Positions 38,232-51,800 of a stretch of DNA of 64,000 nt are shown piece after piece. The notes below the pieces were generated by a model, which saw only the letters and a list, made by a program, of their open reading frames with translations, ran no database searches and was not told the DNA's origin. The first letter of the stretch is position 1, and the number at the start of each line of letters is the position of its first letter. Source of the DNA: a virus (taxonomy: Duplodnaviria; Heunggongvirae; Uroviricota; Caudoviricetes). The stretch covers positions 1 to 64,000 of the IMG/VR virus record IMGVR_UViG_2974549561_000001, one strand, 5' to 3'. Position numbers and translations under genes: made by a program.

Positions 38232-39569
38232 CATCCTCCACGCCCTTCGGGGTGTGGATTCCTGCTATGTTCAGGCTGTCGCCTGAATCATTTCGGAGGG
38301 TTCCTGCTTCAACGGGCGGTCTGACTGCACCATCCCTCCACAGGCAAGCACGGCGTGCCCCGCCGCTAAAATGTTACGAGCGCCGTTTACATCGGCGTTC
38401 GCTGTATATCCACAATCCCGACACACGAATTTACTTTGTGACAGGCGGTTTTCTTTCGCTGTATGGCCACAGCACGCGCAACGCTGGCTTGTGTACGCTG
38501 GCGGCACTGCCAGTACCTGACCGCCACGCCAGAGCTGCTTGTACTCAAGCTGGCGGCGCATTTCATACCAGCCCTGATCCAGTATCGAACGGTTTAAACC
38601 TGATTTTGCCCGGACATTGCGCCCCGGCTGACTTATCGTACCCGCCGCTGACTTTGACATGTATTTAACCTTCAAATCCTCAATGACAATCATTGCGTGG
38701 TTTTTGCTGATGATCGTTGTGATTTTATGAAGGTAGTCTCTGCGGATGTTTGCGATACGAAAATGCAGTCGCTGTATTTTGCGTTTCTGCATCTGCCAGT
38801 TGTTGCTGAATCTGACCTTGCGGCTTAACTGTCGCTGAAGTCTCGCCAGCTTCTTCTGGTTTTTCTGAAAACTATTTACAGGTTCAAAGACTGTGCCATC
38901 TGACAGCGTGGCGAGTTTAGCCACGCCAGCATCCAGTCCGACCATTGATGCTGAAGGGTGAACAGGAGTGGATACCTCTCTTTCTGTCTGAATACTGATG
39001 TACCACTTACCGCAGGACTGGCTGACAGTGACATTTTTCACAACACCCGTGACCTGACGGCTATTCCGGTAGCGCATCCAGCCAAGTTTCGGCAGAAAAA
39101 TACGGCTGTATTCCTGATCGAGCTTAACGCCCTGCGGGTAGCGGAATGCATCATTCTGTCCCCGCTTTTTGAATCGGGGAAAAGCAGCCCGATTCTGGAA
39201 GAAGTTTTTGTAAGCCCGCTCAAGGTCTTTCAGTGACTGTTGCAATGGCTGTGAGGGAGAATCTTTAAGCCATTCGGTTTCAGTGTCTTTTTTCCACTCA
39301 ACCAACCAGGAAGCCATTTTCGTGTAAGGGATGTATTTTTTACCGGCCTCATGATTCTCATTCTGAAGCGCCAGAGCACGATTGAAAACGAAACGACATG
39401 CGCCTGCGAAGCGCCTCATTTCACGCTCCTGTTGACCATCTGGTCTTAATCGGAATTTGAATGACACCTGTTGTTTCATGTCACTATTTTAAGCAAAAAT
39501 AGCCGGGAGGAAAACTGTGCCTTATATCCCCACTATGAGGCGCGTGGGGAGCGGCACATTGGATAAGGC
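38232..39569 (-). mobile_element. IS200/IS605-family tnpB-only insertion element
   Basis: single TnpB ORF, no tnpA; subterminal hairpins at both ends; TTAC next to the left end (minus-strand reading); occupies the ddrA-ddrB junction. Confidence 0.7.
38271..39479 (-). CDS. tnpB: TnpB (OrfB) RNA-guided nuclease family
   Basis: 402 aa; N-terminal OrfB_IS605 region and C-terminal zinc finger CACCGH...CRDCG with RuvC-like segment. Confidence 0.85.
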   Translation of the reverse strand: MKQQVSFKFRLRPDGQQEREMRRFAGACRFVFNRALALQNENHEAGKKYIPYTKMASWLVEWKKDTETEWLKDSPSQPLQQSLKDLERAYKNFFQNRAAFPRFKKRGQNDAFRYPQGVKLDQEYSRIFLPKLGWMRYRNSRQVTGVVKNVTVSQSCGKWYISIQTEREVSTPVHPSASMVGLDAGVAKLATLSDGTVFEPVNSFQKNQKKLARLQRQLSRKVRFSNNWQMQKRKIQRLHFRIANIRRDYLHKITTIISKNHAMIVIEDLKVKYMSKSAAGTISQPGRNVRAKSGLNRSILDQGWYEMRRQLEYKQLWRGGQVLAVPPAYTSQRCACCGHTAKENRLSQSKFVCRDCGYTANADVNGARNILAAGHAVLACGGMVQSDRPLKQEPSEMIQATA

Positions 39570-39578
39570 GTAACAGGG

Positions 39579-42566
39579 ATGAGCTTAAGCGATCAGGTGG
39601 TTATGGCCACCAGCATAGAAACGCTGATCGAGCTGCTAAAGAACCTGCCCGATTACGGGCGGGTTTCGTATGTGGTGACAGCGAAGGGAGACGAGGTAAA
39701 AACGGCGTTTGATATCGTCGATGCCTCAGCTCTTTTGGTATCCAATACTCTGGATGGGAAAATTAATCCAGACTATCCCCAGGAACTTCAGCCGCGCGAC
39801 CGGACCCGCGCATCCAGCCTTCTTCAGGTCAACCAGATATCCAAGGATTTGCGTCCTGCCCAGCTTACCGATTCCGGTTTATCCAGCCATGGCGCGCCGA
39901 TAATTGGTGAGGACAATGCCGTTGAGTCAGGTAATGGGCGGACCATGGGGATCATCAAAGCCTATCAGGACGGCAATGCGGATCGGTATCGTGAGTACCT
40001 GATTGAACATGCGACCGAATTCGGCATACGACCTGAAAAGGTTGAATCAATGACGGCTCCGGTACTGGTGCGCCGCCGGTTAACTAAGGTTGACCGCGTT
40101 CAGTTTGCCAAGGACTCAAATATTTCTGATCTTCAGGAAATGGCAGCCAGTGAAAAGGCTTTTGTTGATGCCGACAGCATAACACCGGCGATGATGGCGC
40201 TTTTTAACCCGTCAGAAAGCGGAGATCTGCTTAGCCGCAGTAATGACGCGTTTATTCGCGGATTTATGACGCAAGTTGGTGCCACACAGGCGGCTGGCCT
40301 TGTAACTGAAGATGGGCGACCAACACGGCAACTTGTAGACCGTATACAAAACGCGATCTTTGCCAAGGCATATAAGGATGCGCGCCTGGTAAGAATGGTT
40401 GCAGAAGAACCTGATCCGGATATGCGTAATGTTCTGACGGCGCTTAATGCGGCAGCCAATGATTTTGTCCAGATGCAGGCTTTATCAGGAGAAGCGCACA
40501 AGCAGGCTGTGACAACTATTGTTGATGGTATTGAGACAGCGGATAGTCTCGATAAAAAGGCGCTGGCGGCATTGAAAGATGCGGTAGACCTGGTAAGGCA
40601 ATCGAAGGAGTCAGGCCAACATATTACCGATGTTATTGCTCAGGGGGATATGTTCAGCGAAACAGCCCCGGAAGTGAAAGCTCTCGCGTTGTTCATCGTC
40701 GCGAATAACCGTAGCGCGAAGCGTATGGCCACCGCCTTTAAATTGATGGCTCAACGTATCAATGATGAGTTACAGCACCAGGGCCAGGCGCTGGGGGATA
40801 TGTTTGGCGGTGGTGATGTGTCGTTACAGGATATCCTTCGCCAGGTGTCTCAGGAACTGGAAAACGAAGGCATGCAAGGGATATCCGGCGGTCTTTTCGA
40901 GTCCGTTTCCGGCGGTAGTTACAACGGTGTTGCTCCATATACCAGTTTGCTATTACATCGGGCATCCGGCATCAAAGACATTATTCATCTGATCAGGCTG
41001 CTTTCCCGTACAGATCCCCAGGATGAACAGCTTGTACAAGTGCTTGCGCATTTTGTTCGAATGCCTGTTGCCGACGTGAATAAATGGTGCCGATTATTCG
41101 GTATCAGCAATTCGTTACTTCGCGGATTGTTAAATCACGCATCCTCCCTTGGGCGCGACGGCTTTGATGAGATAGCGCAGGCGATAAAAAACGGAGATAT
41201 GCCACCAGCTATTGACTGGTTTTCCATTCGCCCAACCAGGGTGAAAGCATTCCTTAGCGCGGCGCATTCGGCATCACCATTGGCAGAAATGATTCAGAGG
41301 TTGTCGCTCATATTCACAGACCATACCGCGTTGGGTGATCTGACTCTGGACGAGATGAAAGAAGCCTCCATTCAGTGGGCCGATCAACAAAATGAGGTTA
41401 ACTCAGACTTCTTGCCAGCATTCAGGAAGGCCGTTAGTAAAGCGGATGATGCCCGTGGAATTCTGAAGGCATTTAAGGCATTGCAAAGTCGGGTTAATAA
41501 ACATGTCGGTGATATCGATGGGGTAACGGCGGAAGGCAGGGATATCCTTAAAGAGCACGGCATAACGCCAGAGTTTATTGATGAGATCAGGACGGATATG
41601 CAGCGTGAGGTCGTATCGTCCCTGCAAATCGTAGCCAGAGCGTTGGCGGATGCTAATCCGAAGAGTGCGGCCATTGTTAACCGGGTTATTGGTGATATTG
41701 AAGCATCGGAGGGCATGGGGGCGCTGAAACTCTTCCTTTCGCGAGCGTTTAATCCTAACGGCAATATTCTCCCTGGCATTATTGGTGAGGCTAAAAAGTA
41801 TGTCAGTGAAGAAGAACTTGAGCAGCTTGACCAACTACTTAAGCGATTCTCATATAACCCGCAGATACGCTGGCAAATGAATCAGCGAAGTATGGGTTCG
41901 GTCCACGAGAAAGTGTTATCTGCCATGAACAGTGCGATCGCAAACTCATCCGTATCTGAAGAAAAAGCTCTTGAGTGGGCCGACTCTTTTATCACAGAAG
42001 AAGTGGAAGAAGCCCGCGCTGGACAGAATGGTGGGATAGACCTGCGCAAGGAACTTGCTGATATTTATCGCCTGACCGGCGGGAAAATATCGACCTTATC
42101 AAAGGTAGTTCACCACCAGGGAAGGGCATATGCAAATCTTAATGGTGTTGTTGCTGTCAATTTGAACGATGAAAATGCAAGTGCACTGTGGCACGAGCTG
42201 GGTCATCATCTTGAGTACAGTAACCCTGGTTTGTTAGAGAAAGCCCGGTCATTCCTGAAGGCCAATGTTGAAGGGGATAAGCCATCTTTCGTCAATATCG
42301 GTGGGCGTGGCAAGCCTGAATGGTGCTTCAGATCTCGATTGAGTAATATTTATATGGCGAAGGTATACCCGCCAGCCTCAGTAAGTAACACCGGGAAAAT
42401 TCGGCAGAAATCACCGACTATTTCCAAAACGTCAGCAACGGAAGTATTCTCTATGGCTCTTCAGTTGTATCATGACAAAGAGGCCGCTGCCGCATCACTG
42501 ATGAATGGTGACGGATTGCTGGAACTGTTATTAGGTGTGGCAAAGGAGCTAAATAATGCAGATTAA
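39579..42566 (+). CDS. ddrB: DdrB
   Basis: 995 aa following ddrA; assignment by synteny and size. Confidence 0.6.
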   Translation: MSLSDQVVMATSIETLIELLKNLPDYGRVSYVVTAKGDEVKTAFDIVDASALLVSNTLDGKINPDYPQELQPRDRTRASSLLQVNQISKDLRPAQLTDSGLSSHGAPIIGEDNAVESGNGRTMGIIKAYQDGNADRYREYLIEHATEFGIRPEKVESMTAPVLVRRRLTKVDRVQFAKDSNISDLQEMAASEKAFVDADSITPAMMALFNPSESGDLLSRSNDAFIRGFMTQVGATQAAGLVTEDGRPTRQLVDRIQNAIFAKAYKDARLVRMVAEEPDPDMRNVLTALNAAANDFVQMQALSGEAHKQAVTTIVDGIETADSLDKKALAALKDAVDLVRQSKESGQHITDVIAQGDMFSETAPEVKALALFIVANNRSAKRMATAFKLMAQRINDELQHQGQALGDMFGGGDVSLQDILRQVSQELENEGMQGISGGLFESVSGGSYNGVAPYTSLLLHRASGIKDIIHLIRLLSRTDPQDEQLVQVLAHFVRMPVADVNKWCRLFGISNSLLRGLLNHASSLGRDGFDEIAQAIKNGDMPPAIDWFSIRPTRVKAFLSAAHSASPLAEMIQRLSLIFTDHTALGDLTLDEMKEASIQWADQQNEVNSDFLPAFRKAVSKADDARGILKAFKALQSRVNKHVGDIDGVTAEGRDILKEHGITPEFIDEIRTDMQREVVSSLQIVARALADANPKSAAIVNRVIGDIEASEGMGALKLFLSRAFNPNGNILPGIIGEAKKYVSEEELEQLDQLLKRFSYNPQIRWQMNQRSMGSVHEKVLSAMNSAIANSSVSEEKALEWADSFITEEVEEARAGQNGGIDLRKELADIYRLTGGKISTLSKVVHHQGRAYANLNGVVAVNLNDENASALWHELGHHLEYSNPGLLEKARSFLKANVEGDKPSFVNIGGRGKPEWCFRSRLSNIYMAKVYPPASVSNTGKIRQKSPTISKTSATEVFSMALQLYHDKEAAAASLMNGDGLLELLLGVAKELNNAD

Positions 42567-42867
42567 AATCGCAGCGCCATTAGGTGGAGATGCCATTATC
42601 GAATTTGATGATAATGAAGAAGTTTCCGGGCGTTTAAGCATTATCTCCGGTGACATTACCGAGGACATGATCGCTGAAGCCATAGCTGGGGCAAATCCCA
42701 ATAGCTATATGGGATTCGTTAACACCCTTGATGCTCCCGCAAGTGATGTTCTCCGAACGCTGCATCTTTACGCTGGCTGGTTTGTTGATTGGCCAGCAGT
42801 AGATGGTGGCGATGAGGACGACGACGACGATGATTTTGGTGATCATGTAGACCAGATCGTATATTGA
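42556..42867 (+). CDS. small acidic protein ending the Dar operon
   Basis: 103 aa, AAGGAG SD; very acidic C-terminus DGGDEDDDDDDFGDHVD. Confidence 0.5.
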   Translation: MQIKIAAPLGGDAIIEFDDNEEVSGRLSIISGDITEDMIAEAIAGANPNSYMGFVNTLDAPASDVLRTLHLYAGWFVDWPAVDGGDEDDDDDDFGDHVDQIVY

Positions 42868-42871
42868 AGAA

Positions 42872-42898
42872 ATCCCGCCAGTCGGCGGGATTTTTTTT
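42872..42898. terminator. bidirectional rho-independent terminator
   Basis: CCCGCC-agtc-GGCGGG hairpin with TTTTTTTT; also ends the convergent minus-strand gene. Confidence 0.7.
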
Positions 42899-43679
42899 AA
42901 TCGCTTTCCACTTCTTCCGTGGTGTTTTCTTGCAGTTCTGTTAATGCAGCACGACATAGGTTCCGGGCATTGGCTATAGCCACACTTTTGACTTCATCCG
43001 TCATCGTGCAGGTAATGTACTGATCGAGTTCTTCAGCGCGGATGATGCTTTTGCCAATCAGAAACTGTATTTGCCAGAGCAGATCGGCATCCATAATCAG
43101 AATTTCTGCCGGGCCTTCAGGGCCAGCCGGGAAGGAAACATAAGACTGTTTGCCCAGGCCGACAACTCGACAACTTGCTTCAAGAATTGCGCGCTTGAGG
43201 TCTGACTTTATAACGGAAACAGGTTGATTTTCACCAGTGATTACGCCGTTGACATGGAAAGGCATGTAGCTTGAAATACGCTCCACTTTCCACACGCCAG
43301 CAAGCGATCCTTCATGCAGCACAATGGGGGTAACCGCGAGTTTCATCTCACCATATAGCTGCTGGCAGATAGCTGGATTGCTGAATACATCTAAAGGCTC
43401 ACATTCAAACAGCGGCGCAATCTGCATGAGGTCCATCATGGTCATCCCTGGGGTACGAGCAGTAATGAATCTGCGCATACCAGTATCCATTGCGCTCCAG
43501 ATTGCTACACCATGCTTTTTGCTCACTTCTTCAGTAAAGCCAAGGTGGCACATGATGGTTTTTTCGATAGCCAGATCAGAGATCGAAACCTTTTCGCCAG
43601 GCACACCATCATTATTGATGGTCACTTCGACACTCTGACCATTACGCAGGCGGTATTGAATTGCTTTAGTATTTTCCAT
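42897..43679 (-). CDS. hypothetical protein (last gene of ssb operon)
   Basis: 260-aa ORF with GGAG SD; no family recognised. Confidence 0.5.
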   Translation of the reverse strand: MENTKAIQYRLRNGQSVEVTINNDGVPGEKVSISDLAIEKTIMCHLGFTEEVSKKHGVAIWSAMDTGMRRFITARTPGMTMMDLMQIAPLFECEPLDVFSNPAICQQLYGEMKLAVTPIVLHEGSLAGVWKVERISSYMPFHVNGVITGENQPVSVIKSDLKRAILEASCRVVGLGKQSYVSFPAGPEGPAEILIMDADLLWQIQFLIGKSIIRAEELDQYITCTMTDEVKSVAIANARNLCRAALTELQENTTEEVESD

Positions 43680-43685
43680 GTTAAA

Positions 43686-44363
43686 TCACTCCACTACAAA
43701 CCAGTCACATGCCAGTAAGTCGCCTACAGAAGGAACCCACGGAACAACTACACCTTGTGCATTTTTTAAGGCGAAATAAGCACCATACGGAACGAGGTCG
43801 CCGGGGAAATATCCCTTAATGGCTTCCATTCGTGCCGGGTACTGTCCTTCAGGAACCAGCCAGCAGAATTGGTTTTCGCCGTTCCACCCGCGTCGGGCAA
43901 CTTTCTTGCCATCCTTCAGCCACATCAGCGCGTCAGAAAAGTCGGCTGCTTCAAGGTCGATTTCTTCTTGTAGAGTAGCGATACCGCCAGCAGAAATAGT
44001 TACGTCCCTGGCTGTAATGAATGTCACCCCATTGTGACCTTCAATGCTGAGCGATACCCCATTTTCGAAGAAGTCGTTAGTCCGACTAAAGCCTTCTTCA
44101 AATGTTTTTTCTGGTGAATAGGACAGAGAACCGTCCTCATAAGCGACCAGATATCCGCCAATTTCTGGTCGGTGTTTTTGCAAAAATATTTTATCAACAT
44201 GGACTTTTACCCCTTCTGGCTCAACGACTTCGATGTTGCAAAAAAGGACCACATCCATTAGGGCGATAATTTCGATATCTTTGATTTTTGAGGCGCGAAC
44301 TGTTTTATGGCTTTTGTATTTTGGAAGTGCCGTAAAAAGCTCTTTCGTTGTCATGTTATTCAT
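43686..44363 (-). CDS. DUF2829 (Tad2-like) domain protein
   Basis: C-terminal ALMWLKDGKKVARRGWNGENQF...PWVPSVGDLLACDWFVVE matches DUF2829 pattern from memory; ATG 44363 after GAGGAA chosen over 44531. Confidence 0.55.
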   Translation of the reverse strand: MNNMTTKELFTALPKYKSHKTVRASKIKDIEIIALMDVVLFCNIEVVEPEGVKVHVDKIFLQKHRPEIGGYLVAYEDGSLSYSPEKTFEEGFSRTNDFFENGVSLSIEGHNGVTFITARDVTISAGGIATLQEEIDLEAADFSDALMWLKDGKKVARRGWNGENQFCWLVPEGQYPARMEAIKGYFPGDLVPYGAYFALKNAQGVVVPWVPSVGDLLACDWFVVE

Positions 44364-44560
44364 AGTCTTTCCTCTGCTTAAAACCTGATGTATTGCGCCT
44401 TCAGGTGGGTCAGGAATGTTTTCCCACCAGCGAACGCAATATCTCGGGGTGTTCTTTTCGTGAAAAGCGCGTGCCATTGCCAACTTTGGCGTTTGTTTGC
44501 GAGTTCGTGCTTTTGTCGGCGTCTGGACCATCGCTTTTCTTTCAGTCGTTTTTTACACAT

Positions 44561-45049
44561 TCAAAACGGAATATCGTCGTCAAAGTCCATTGGAGGTTCG
44601 TTATTGGCGTTGCTCTGAGGTTTACCGCCACCACTGTATTGCTGGTGGTTTTGAGGTTGGTTTGATTGCCCCCAGCCATTTGAGGACTGTGAATCGTCAC
44701 GGCGAGCGCCGATCATTTGCATGGTGCCGCCCTGGCTGACGATAATTTCCGTCGTGTAACGTTCTACACCGGCGTCATCTGTCCACTTACGGGTTTTAAG
44801 TTTCCCTTCGATGTAGACCTGAGAACCTTTTCGTAAATACTCACTCGCAATTTCAGCAAGTTTTCCGAACAAAACGACTTTATGCCATTCTGTTTGCTCT
44901 TTCTGTTGGCCCGTTTGCTTGTCGCGCCATGATTCATTCGTTGCGATGCTGAGTCTTCCGACCGCTCCGCCATTTGGTATATACCTGATCTCCGGGTCTT
45001 GCCCCAGGGTACCAATCAGGATGACTTTGTTTACACCGCGTTGTGCCAT
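44561..45049 (-). CDS. ssb: single-stranded DNA-binding protein
   Basis: 162 aa; OB-fold N-terminus, Gly/Gln-rich tail ending acidic DFDDDIPF. Confidence 0.9.
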   Translation of the reverse strand: MAQRGVNKVILIGTLGQDPEIRYIPNGGAVGRLSIATNESWRDKQTGQQKEQTEWHKVVLFGKLAEIASEYLRKGSQVYIEGKLKTRKWTDDAGVERYTTEIIVSQGGTMQMIGARRDDSQSSNGWGQSNQPQNHQQYSGGGKPQSNANNEPPMDFDDDIPF

Positions 45050-45068
45050 TTATCTTACCTAATAAAAT

Positions 45069-45085
45069 AAATTAATTAGAGCAAT
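45069..45085. promoter_or_regulatory. C1 operator-like site between ssb and lyz
   Basis: AAATTAATTAGAGCAAT, 16/17 to reverse complement of consensus. Confidence 0.55.
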
Positions 45086-45104
45086 AATGTATATCTTTGA
45101 AACG

Positions 45105-45135
45105 TAGCTAACAAGTGATTTGCATTATCCTATGC
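45105..45135 (+). promoter_or_regulatory. candidate late promoter upstream of lyz
   Basis: TAACAAGTGATTTGCATTAT, shared late motif. Confidence 0.35.
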
Positions 45136-45218
45136 CTTCTAAAGGGATCGAGTCAGTCGGTATTGGCTGTGAATGGGTGTTTGTCCTGGAGCGTAAAAAA
45201 TTCGCTTATGAGGTCTTT

Positions 45219-45776
45219 ATGAAGGGAAAAACAGCCGCAGGAGGCGGTGCAATTTGCGCTATCGCGGTGATGATTACCATCGTGATGGGTAATGGCAATG
45301 TGCGAACCAACCAGGCGGGGCTTGAGCTGATTGGTAACGCTGAAGGTTGCCGACGTGATCCATACATGTGCCCGGCAGGGGTATGGACTGACGGGATCGG
45401 TAATACACACGGGGTAACGCCGGGTGTGCGAAAAACAGACCAGCAAATCGCCGCTGATTGGGAAAAGAATATCCTGATCGCTGAACGCTGTATTAATCAG
45501 CACTTCCGGGGCAAAGACATGCCCGATAATGCCTTCAGTGCAATGACAAGCGCGGCATTCAATATGGGATGCAATAGTTTACGGACCTACTACAGCAAAG
45601 CGCGAGGCATGCGAGTCGAAACGTCCATCCACAAGTGGGCGCAGAAAGGGGAATGGGTGAATATGTGTAACCATCTCCCTGATTTCGTGAACAGTAACGG
45701 CGTGCCCTTGCGAGGTTTAAAGATTCGCCGTGAAAAAGAACGCCAGCTTTGCCTGACGGGGCTGGTCAATGAATAA
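45219..45776 (+). CDS. lyz: SAR endolysin Lyz
   Basis: 185 aa; Gly/Ala-rich signal-anchor-release segment AAGGGAICAIAVMITIVMG followed by lysozyme-like domain. Confidence 0.85.
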   Translation: MKGKTAAGGGAICAIAVMITIVMGNGNVRTNQAGLELIGNAEGCRRDPYMCPAGVWTDGIGNTHGVTPGVRKTDQQIAADWEKNILIAERCINQHFRGKDMPDNAFSAMTSAAFNMGCNSLRTYYSKARGMRVETSIHKWAQKGEWVNMCNHLPDFVNSNGVPLRGLKIRREKERQLCLTGLVNE

Positions 45777-46020
45777 ACTCAGGCTGCTCCGCCGACTTTC
45801 GACAATGAAGTTATCGCTGGCGGCGATAGTTTTCGACTCGATTTTCATGGCGGTATATGTGCTCAATGAGACGTGGCCACTGGAACCGCTATTGTATGCC
45901 GGGCTTCGGCTGTGCCTGACATTTTTGAGCATGGCTGCAAGATTGATGCAGCAGAAAGAAACAGCTTCAGATTGTCCAGGCCGCGCGGTGCGCAAATATA
46001 TGGCACGCAGGCGAAGGTGA
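45769..46020 (+). CDS. small membrane protein overlapping lyz 3' end
   Basis: 83 aa with hydrophobic segment and Arg-rich C-terminus; start overlaps lyz stop. Confidence 0.35.
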   Translation: MNKLRLLRRLSTMKLSLAAIVFDSIFMAVYVLNETWPLEPLLYAGLRLCLTFLSMAARLMQQKETASDCPGRAVRKYMARRRR

Positions 46021-46034
46021 TAATAGTTAACGAG

Positions 46035-46062
46035 AACCCCGGCAGCTGCCGGGGTTATTTTT
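46035..46062. terminator. bidirectional rho-independent terminator
   Basis: perfect palindrome CCCCGGCAGCTGCCGGGG then TTATTTTT. Confidence 0.65.
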
Positions 46063-46067
46063 GGTGG

Positions 46068-48798
<2,731 letters not shown>

Positions 48799-48836
48799 TT
48801 AATTAGAATAATTCGCATCGTGTTTGAACGGAATTT

Positions 48837-48858
48837 AACACTAGTCACTTGTTAAGGA
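48837..48858 (-). promoter_or_regulatory. candidate late promoter for prt-pro
   Basis: minus-strand TTAACAAGTGACTAGTGTT, shared late motif. Confidence 0.35.
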
Positions 48859-48864
48859 TTACCA

Positions 48865-51800
48865 ATGAACAAGCTATCTATGGGTGTGTTTCGCTGTTCA
48901 AGTGTCAGCGAAATATTGAAATACATTAGGACAATAACATCTCACCGAGCGCCGATTAAATACGGCGTGGAAAAGGTGGAAGGCAAAAGCTATGACCGAC
49001 TGCGCCGGGAGGCGAATCAGAAGGCGATAGATTTGCTTAATTCGCTGGTGGACGGCGCGACACTGACAGATGAACAGCGCCAGATCCTGGCCGGGTACAC
49101 TGGTGAAGGCGGCATTGGCGGGTCCGTCTCCGAATATTACACACCAAAGCCTATCGCTGAAGGTGTCTGGGAGATCATGAAGCTCTACGGCGCGGACGTA
49201 GGTAACACTCTGGAACCATCGGCGGGAACCGGCGTTTTTAATGAGACAAAACCGGTTGGTACGGTGATGACCGCGACTGAGATCAGCAGTGTTTCCGGTC
49301 GTATAAACCAGTTGTTACACCCGGAAGACAGCGTACAGATTTCCCCGTTCGAACAGCTGGCTGTAAGCACGCCTAACGATTCATTCGACCATGTTGTGGG
49401 TAACGTTCCGTTCGGCGGTCGTGATAACACACGCAACATCGATAAGCCTTACGCAGAAGAAACGGACATGGGTTCTTACTTCATGCTCCGCATGCTGGAC
49501 AAGATAAAGCCTGGCGGATTCATGTGTGTGATTGTGCCGCCGTCCATTGTTTCAGGTTCAAACATGAAGCGGTTACGCCTGCGCCTATCACGGAAAGCTG
49601 AATTTCTTGGCGCTCACCGCTTGCCTACCGGTACTTTTGACGCAAACGGGACCAGTACAGTCGTTGATGTGGTGCTGATGCGCAAACATCCGGCAGAGAT
49701 GGCTGAGAAAATCCCCTTGGTGGATGAAAGCACTCTTGAATCGGCAAATGTGCTTTGGCCAACGTTTATTTATGGCAAGTGGTTTGAAAAGGATGGCCGC
49801 CGGTTTGTTCATGGTACCCAGGAAAAGGGCTTCCAGGGGCGTATTGAGGTTCGTGCCGACGGGCAGATTGATAACCAGGCTCTTAAAGCGAAGCTGATTC
49901 ATCGTTTCGAAAGTCGTATCGACTGGTCTTTGCTCAATATGGCTGAACCGTCACCGACCGCAGACGTTGTTGATGAAGGGGAAATGCGCCTGATTAATGG
50001 CGTATGGCAAAAATATGCTGGTGGTCGCTGGATTGAATCTGATGCAGGGAAGGAGCTGAAGATTGATGTTGCCAGTTATGGCGCGGACAGCTGGGAGGCT
50101 CTTCAGCGTAACCTGACTACAACAGAAGGCCGTCTCGGTATGACATTTACCCAGATGGCAAATGTCCGCGATAAATACACCACATCAATCAGCGACGATA
50201 TGGTGCAGCTGGTGGACTGGATTAACAGCCAGCCTGAAAAATACCGTGAACGCTTGTATCGCGGGGCGATGATTGGCCGGATGTTAATTGAATATCAGGA
50301 CATGAAGGCCGCCGGGCATAGTGCTGAACAAATCGAACAGCAGCGCCTTTCTCTGGTATCCCGTTTGCAGGCAGAGATTGACCGTTTTGGTAACCCCGGT
50401 CGCGGTCCGATAGCGAAATTATCGGGGAGCGGTGCGCGCGCCTGGTTTGCTTTCCGTGGTGCAATTAAGCTGGATGGCACTATTTCTGACGAGCTGACAG
50501 GAAAACTGGTTACGCATGATTCCAGCGCCAGTTATGACTCCACCAGCTATCAGGACACCCTGCGTTATCTCTACAGTGATCTCACTCGCGATCCAATCCA
50601 GCTCGATGATTTCCGCCTTGCGTTTACCGGCGAACTGCCAGCCAGTGATGACGAGTTGCTTAATTTATTGGCCAGCACCCCTGGCATTGCGGTTTCACCG
50701 TATGGCGGGATTGTTCCGTTCGCCCGCGCCACCAGCGGCGACATTAACGAGATAGTGGCACCAAAACAGGAATTCCTTGCCACACTCCCCGACGGTCCAG
50801 TAAAGAACAACGTCCTTAATCAGCTGGCAGCGATCGAAGAGAAGCGCATCAAGACGCCAGCAGAGAATATCCGCTTTAAGCTCAATAGCCGTTGGTTCGA
50901 CCGTTCCGTCATTCTGGAATTTTTGCAGGAAAACGGCTATCCGGATCTTCGCTATGTGCAGTCAGTGCAGCTGGAAGGCGACGAAATGGTTTCTGACACC
51001 TATCACGGTGGTGATGGTCTGTTCGTCGGGCACCGATACGGTGTCGTCCAGCGCAAGGATAAAGAAACAGGCGAGATCCGCTACGAGTGGGACCGTAAAT
51101 CAGGTGAAAACGCGACCGGGTTCCCGGCACAGCTGGAAAAGTATCTCAATGGTGCGCGTATCGGTGGCAAAGATAGCGCGACGGCGAACGGCTACCGCGA
51201 GCAGATGGCACTGCTTGAGGACCAGTTCAATAAGTGGATCAAGACGCACGATCGCTACGATGAGCTGGTTGCCAAATACAACGATGTGTTCAATAGCAAT
51301 ATCCCGTATGAACACTCTGGCGATCCGCTTGGGTTGAAGGGATTAAGCGGTAAGCGCCAGCCATTTGATTACCAGAATAGCGAGGTGCGCCGACTGTCCG
51401 AAGATGGGCGCGGCATCCTGGGCTTCGGCACCGGGCTGGGTAAAACCACGACCGCGCTGGCGCTTGAGGCGTTCAACTATGAGAACGGTCGCTCCACCCG
51501 TACTGCGTATGTAGTGCCTAAATCAGTGCTGGAAAACTGGTATTACGAAGCAAAAGAATTCCTGAGTGAAGAGGCATTCAGTAACTACCTGTTCGTCGGT
51601 CTTGATGTGCTGATGGATGGCGATCAGATTCGCCAGGTGCAGGTGCTCGATGAGAACGGTAAACCTGTTCTTGGTACTGATGGCACTCCAGTTATGCGCG
51701 ATGCTCTTAAGCTGGCAGATGAAGCCACTATCACGGCGCGGATGAACGCGATCCCGCACTCAAATTACCGTGCAGTCGTGTTTACCAAAGAACAATACGC

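Noticed and set aside
38228-38668. 146-aa plus-strand ORF overlapping the 3' end of tnpB
   Set aside because: Antisense to TnpB in a GC-rich structured region; the region more likely encodes the IS omega RNA.
44364-44531. N-terminal extension of the DUF2829 protein (start at 44531)
   Set aside because: No ribosome-binding site; the internal ATG at 44363 has GAGGAA at good spacing. The extension cannot be fully excluded.
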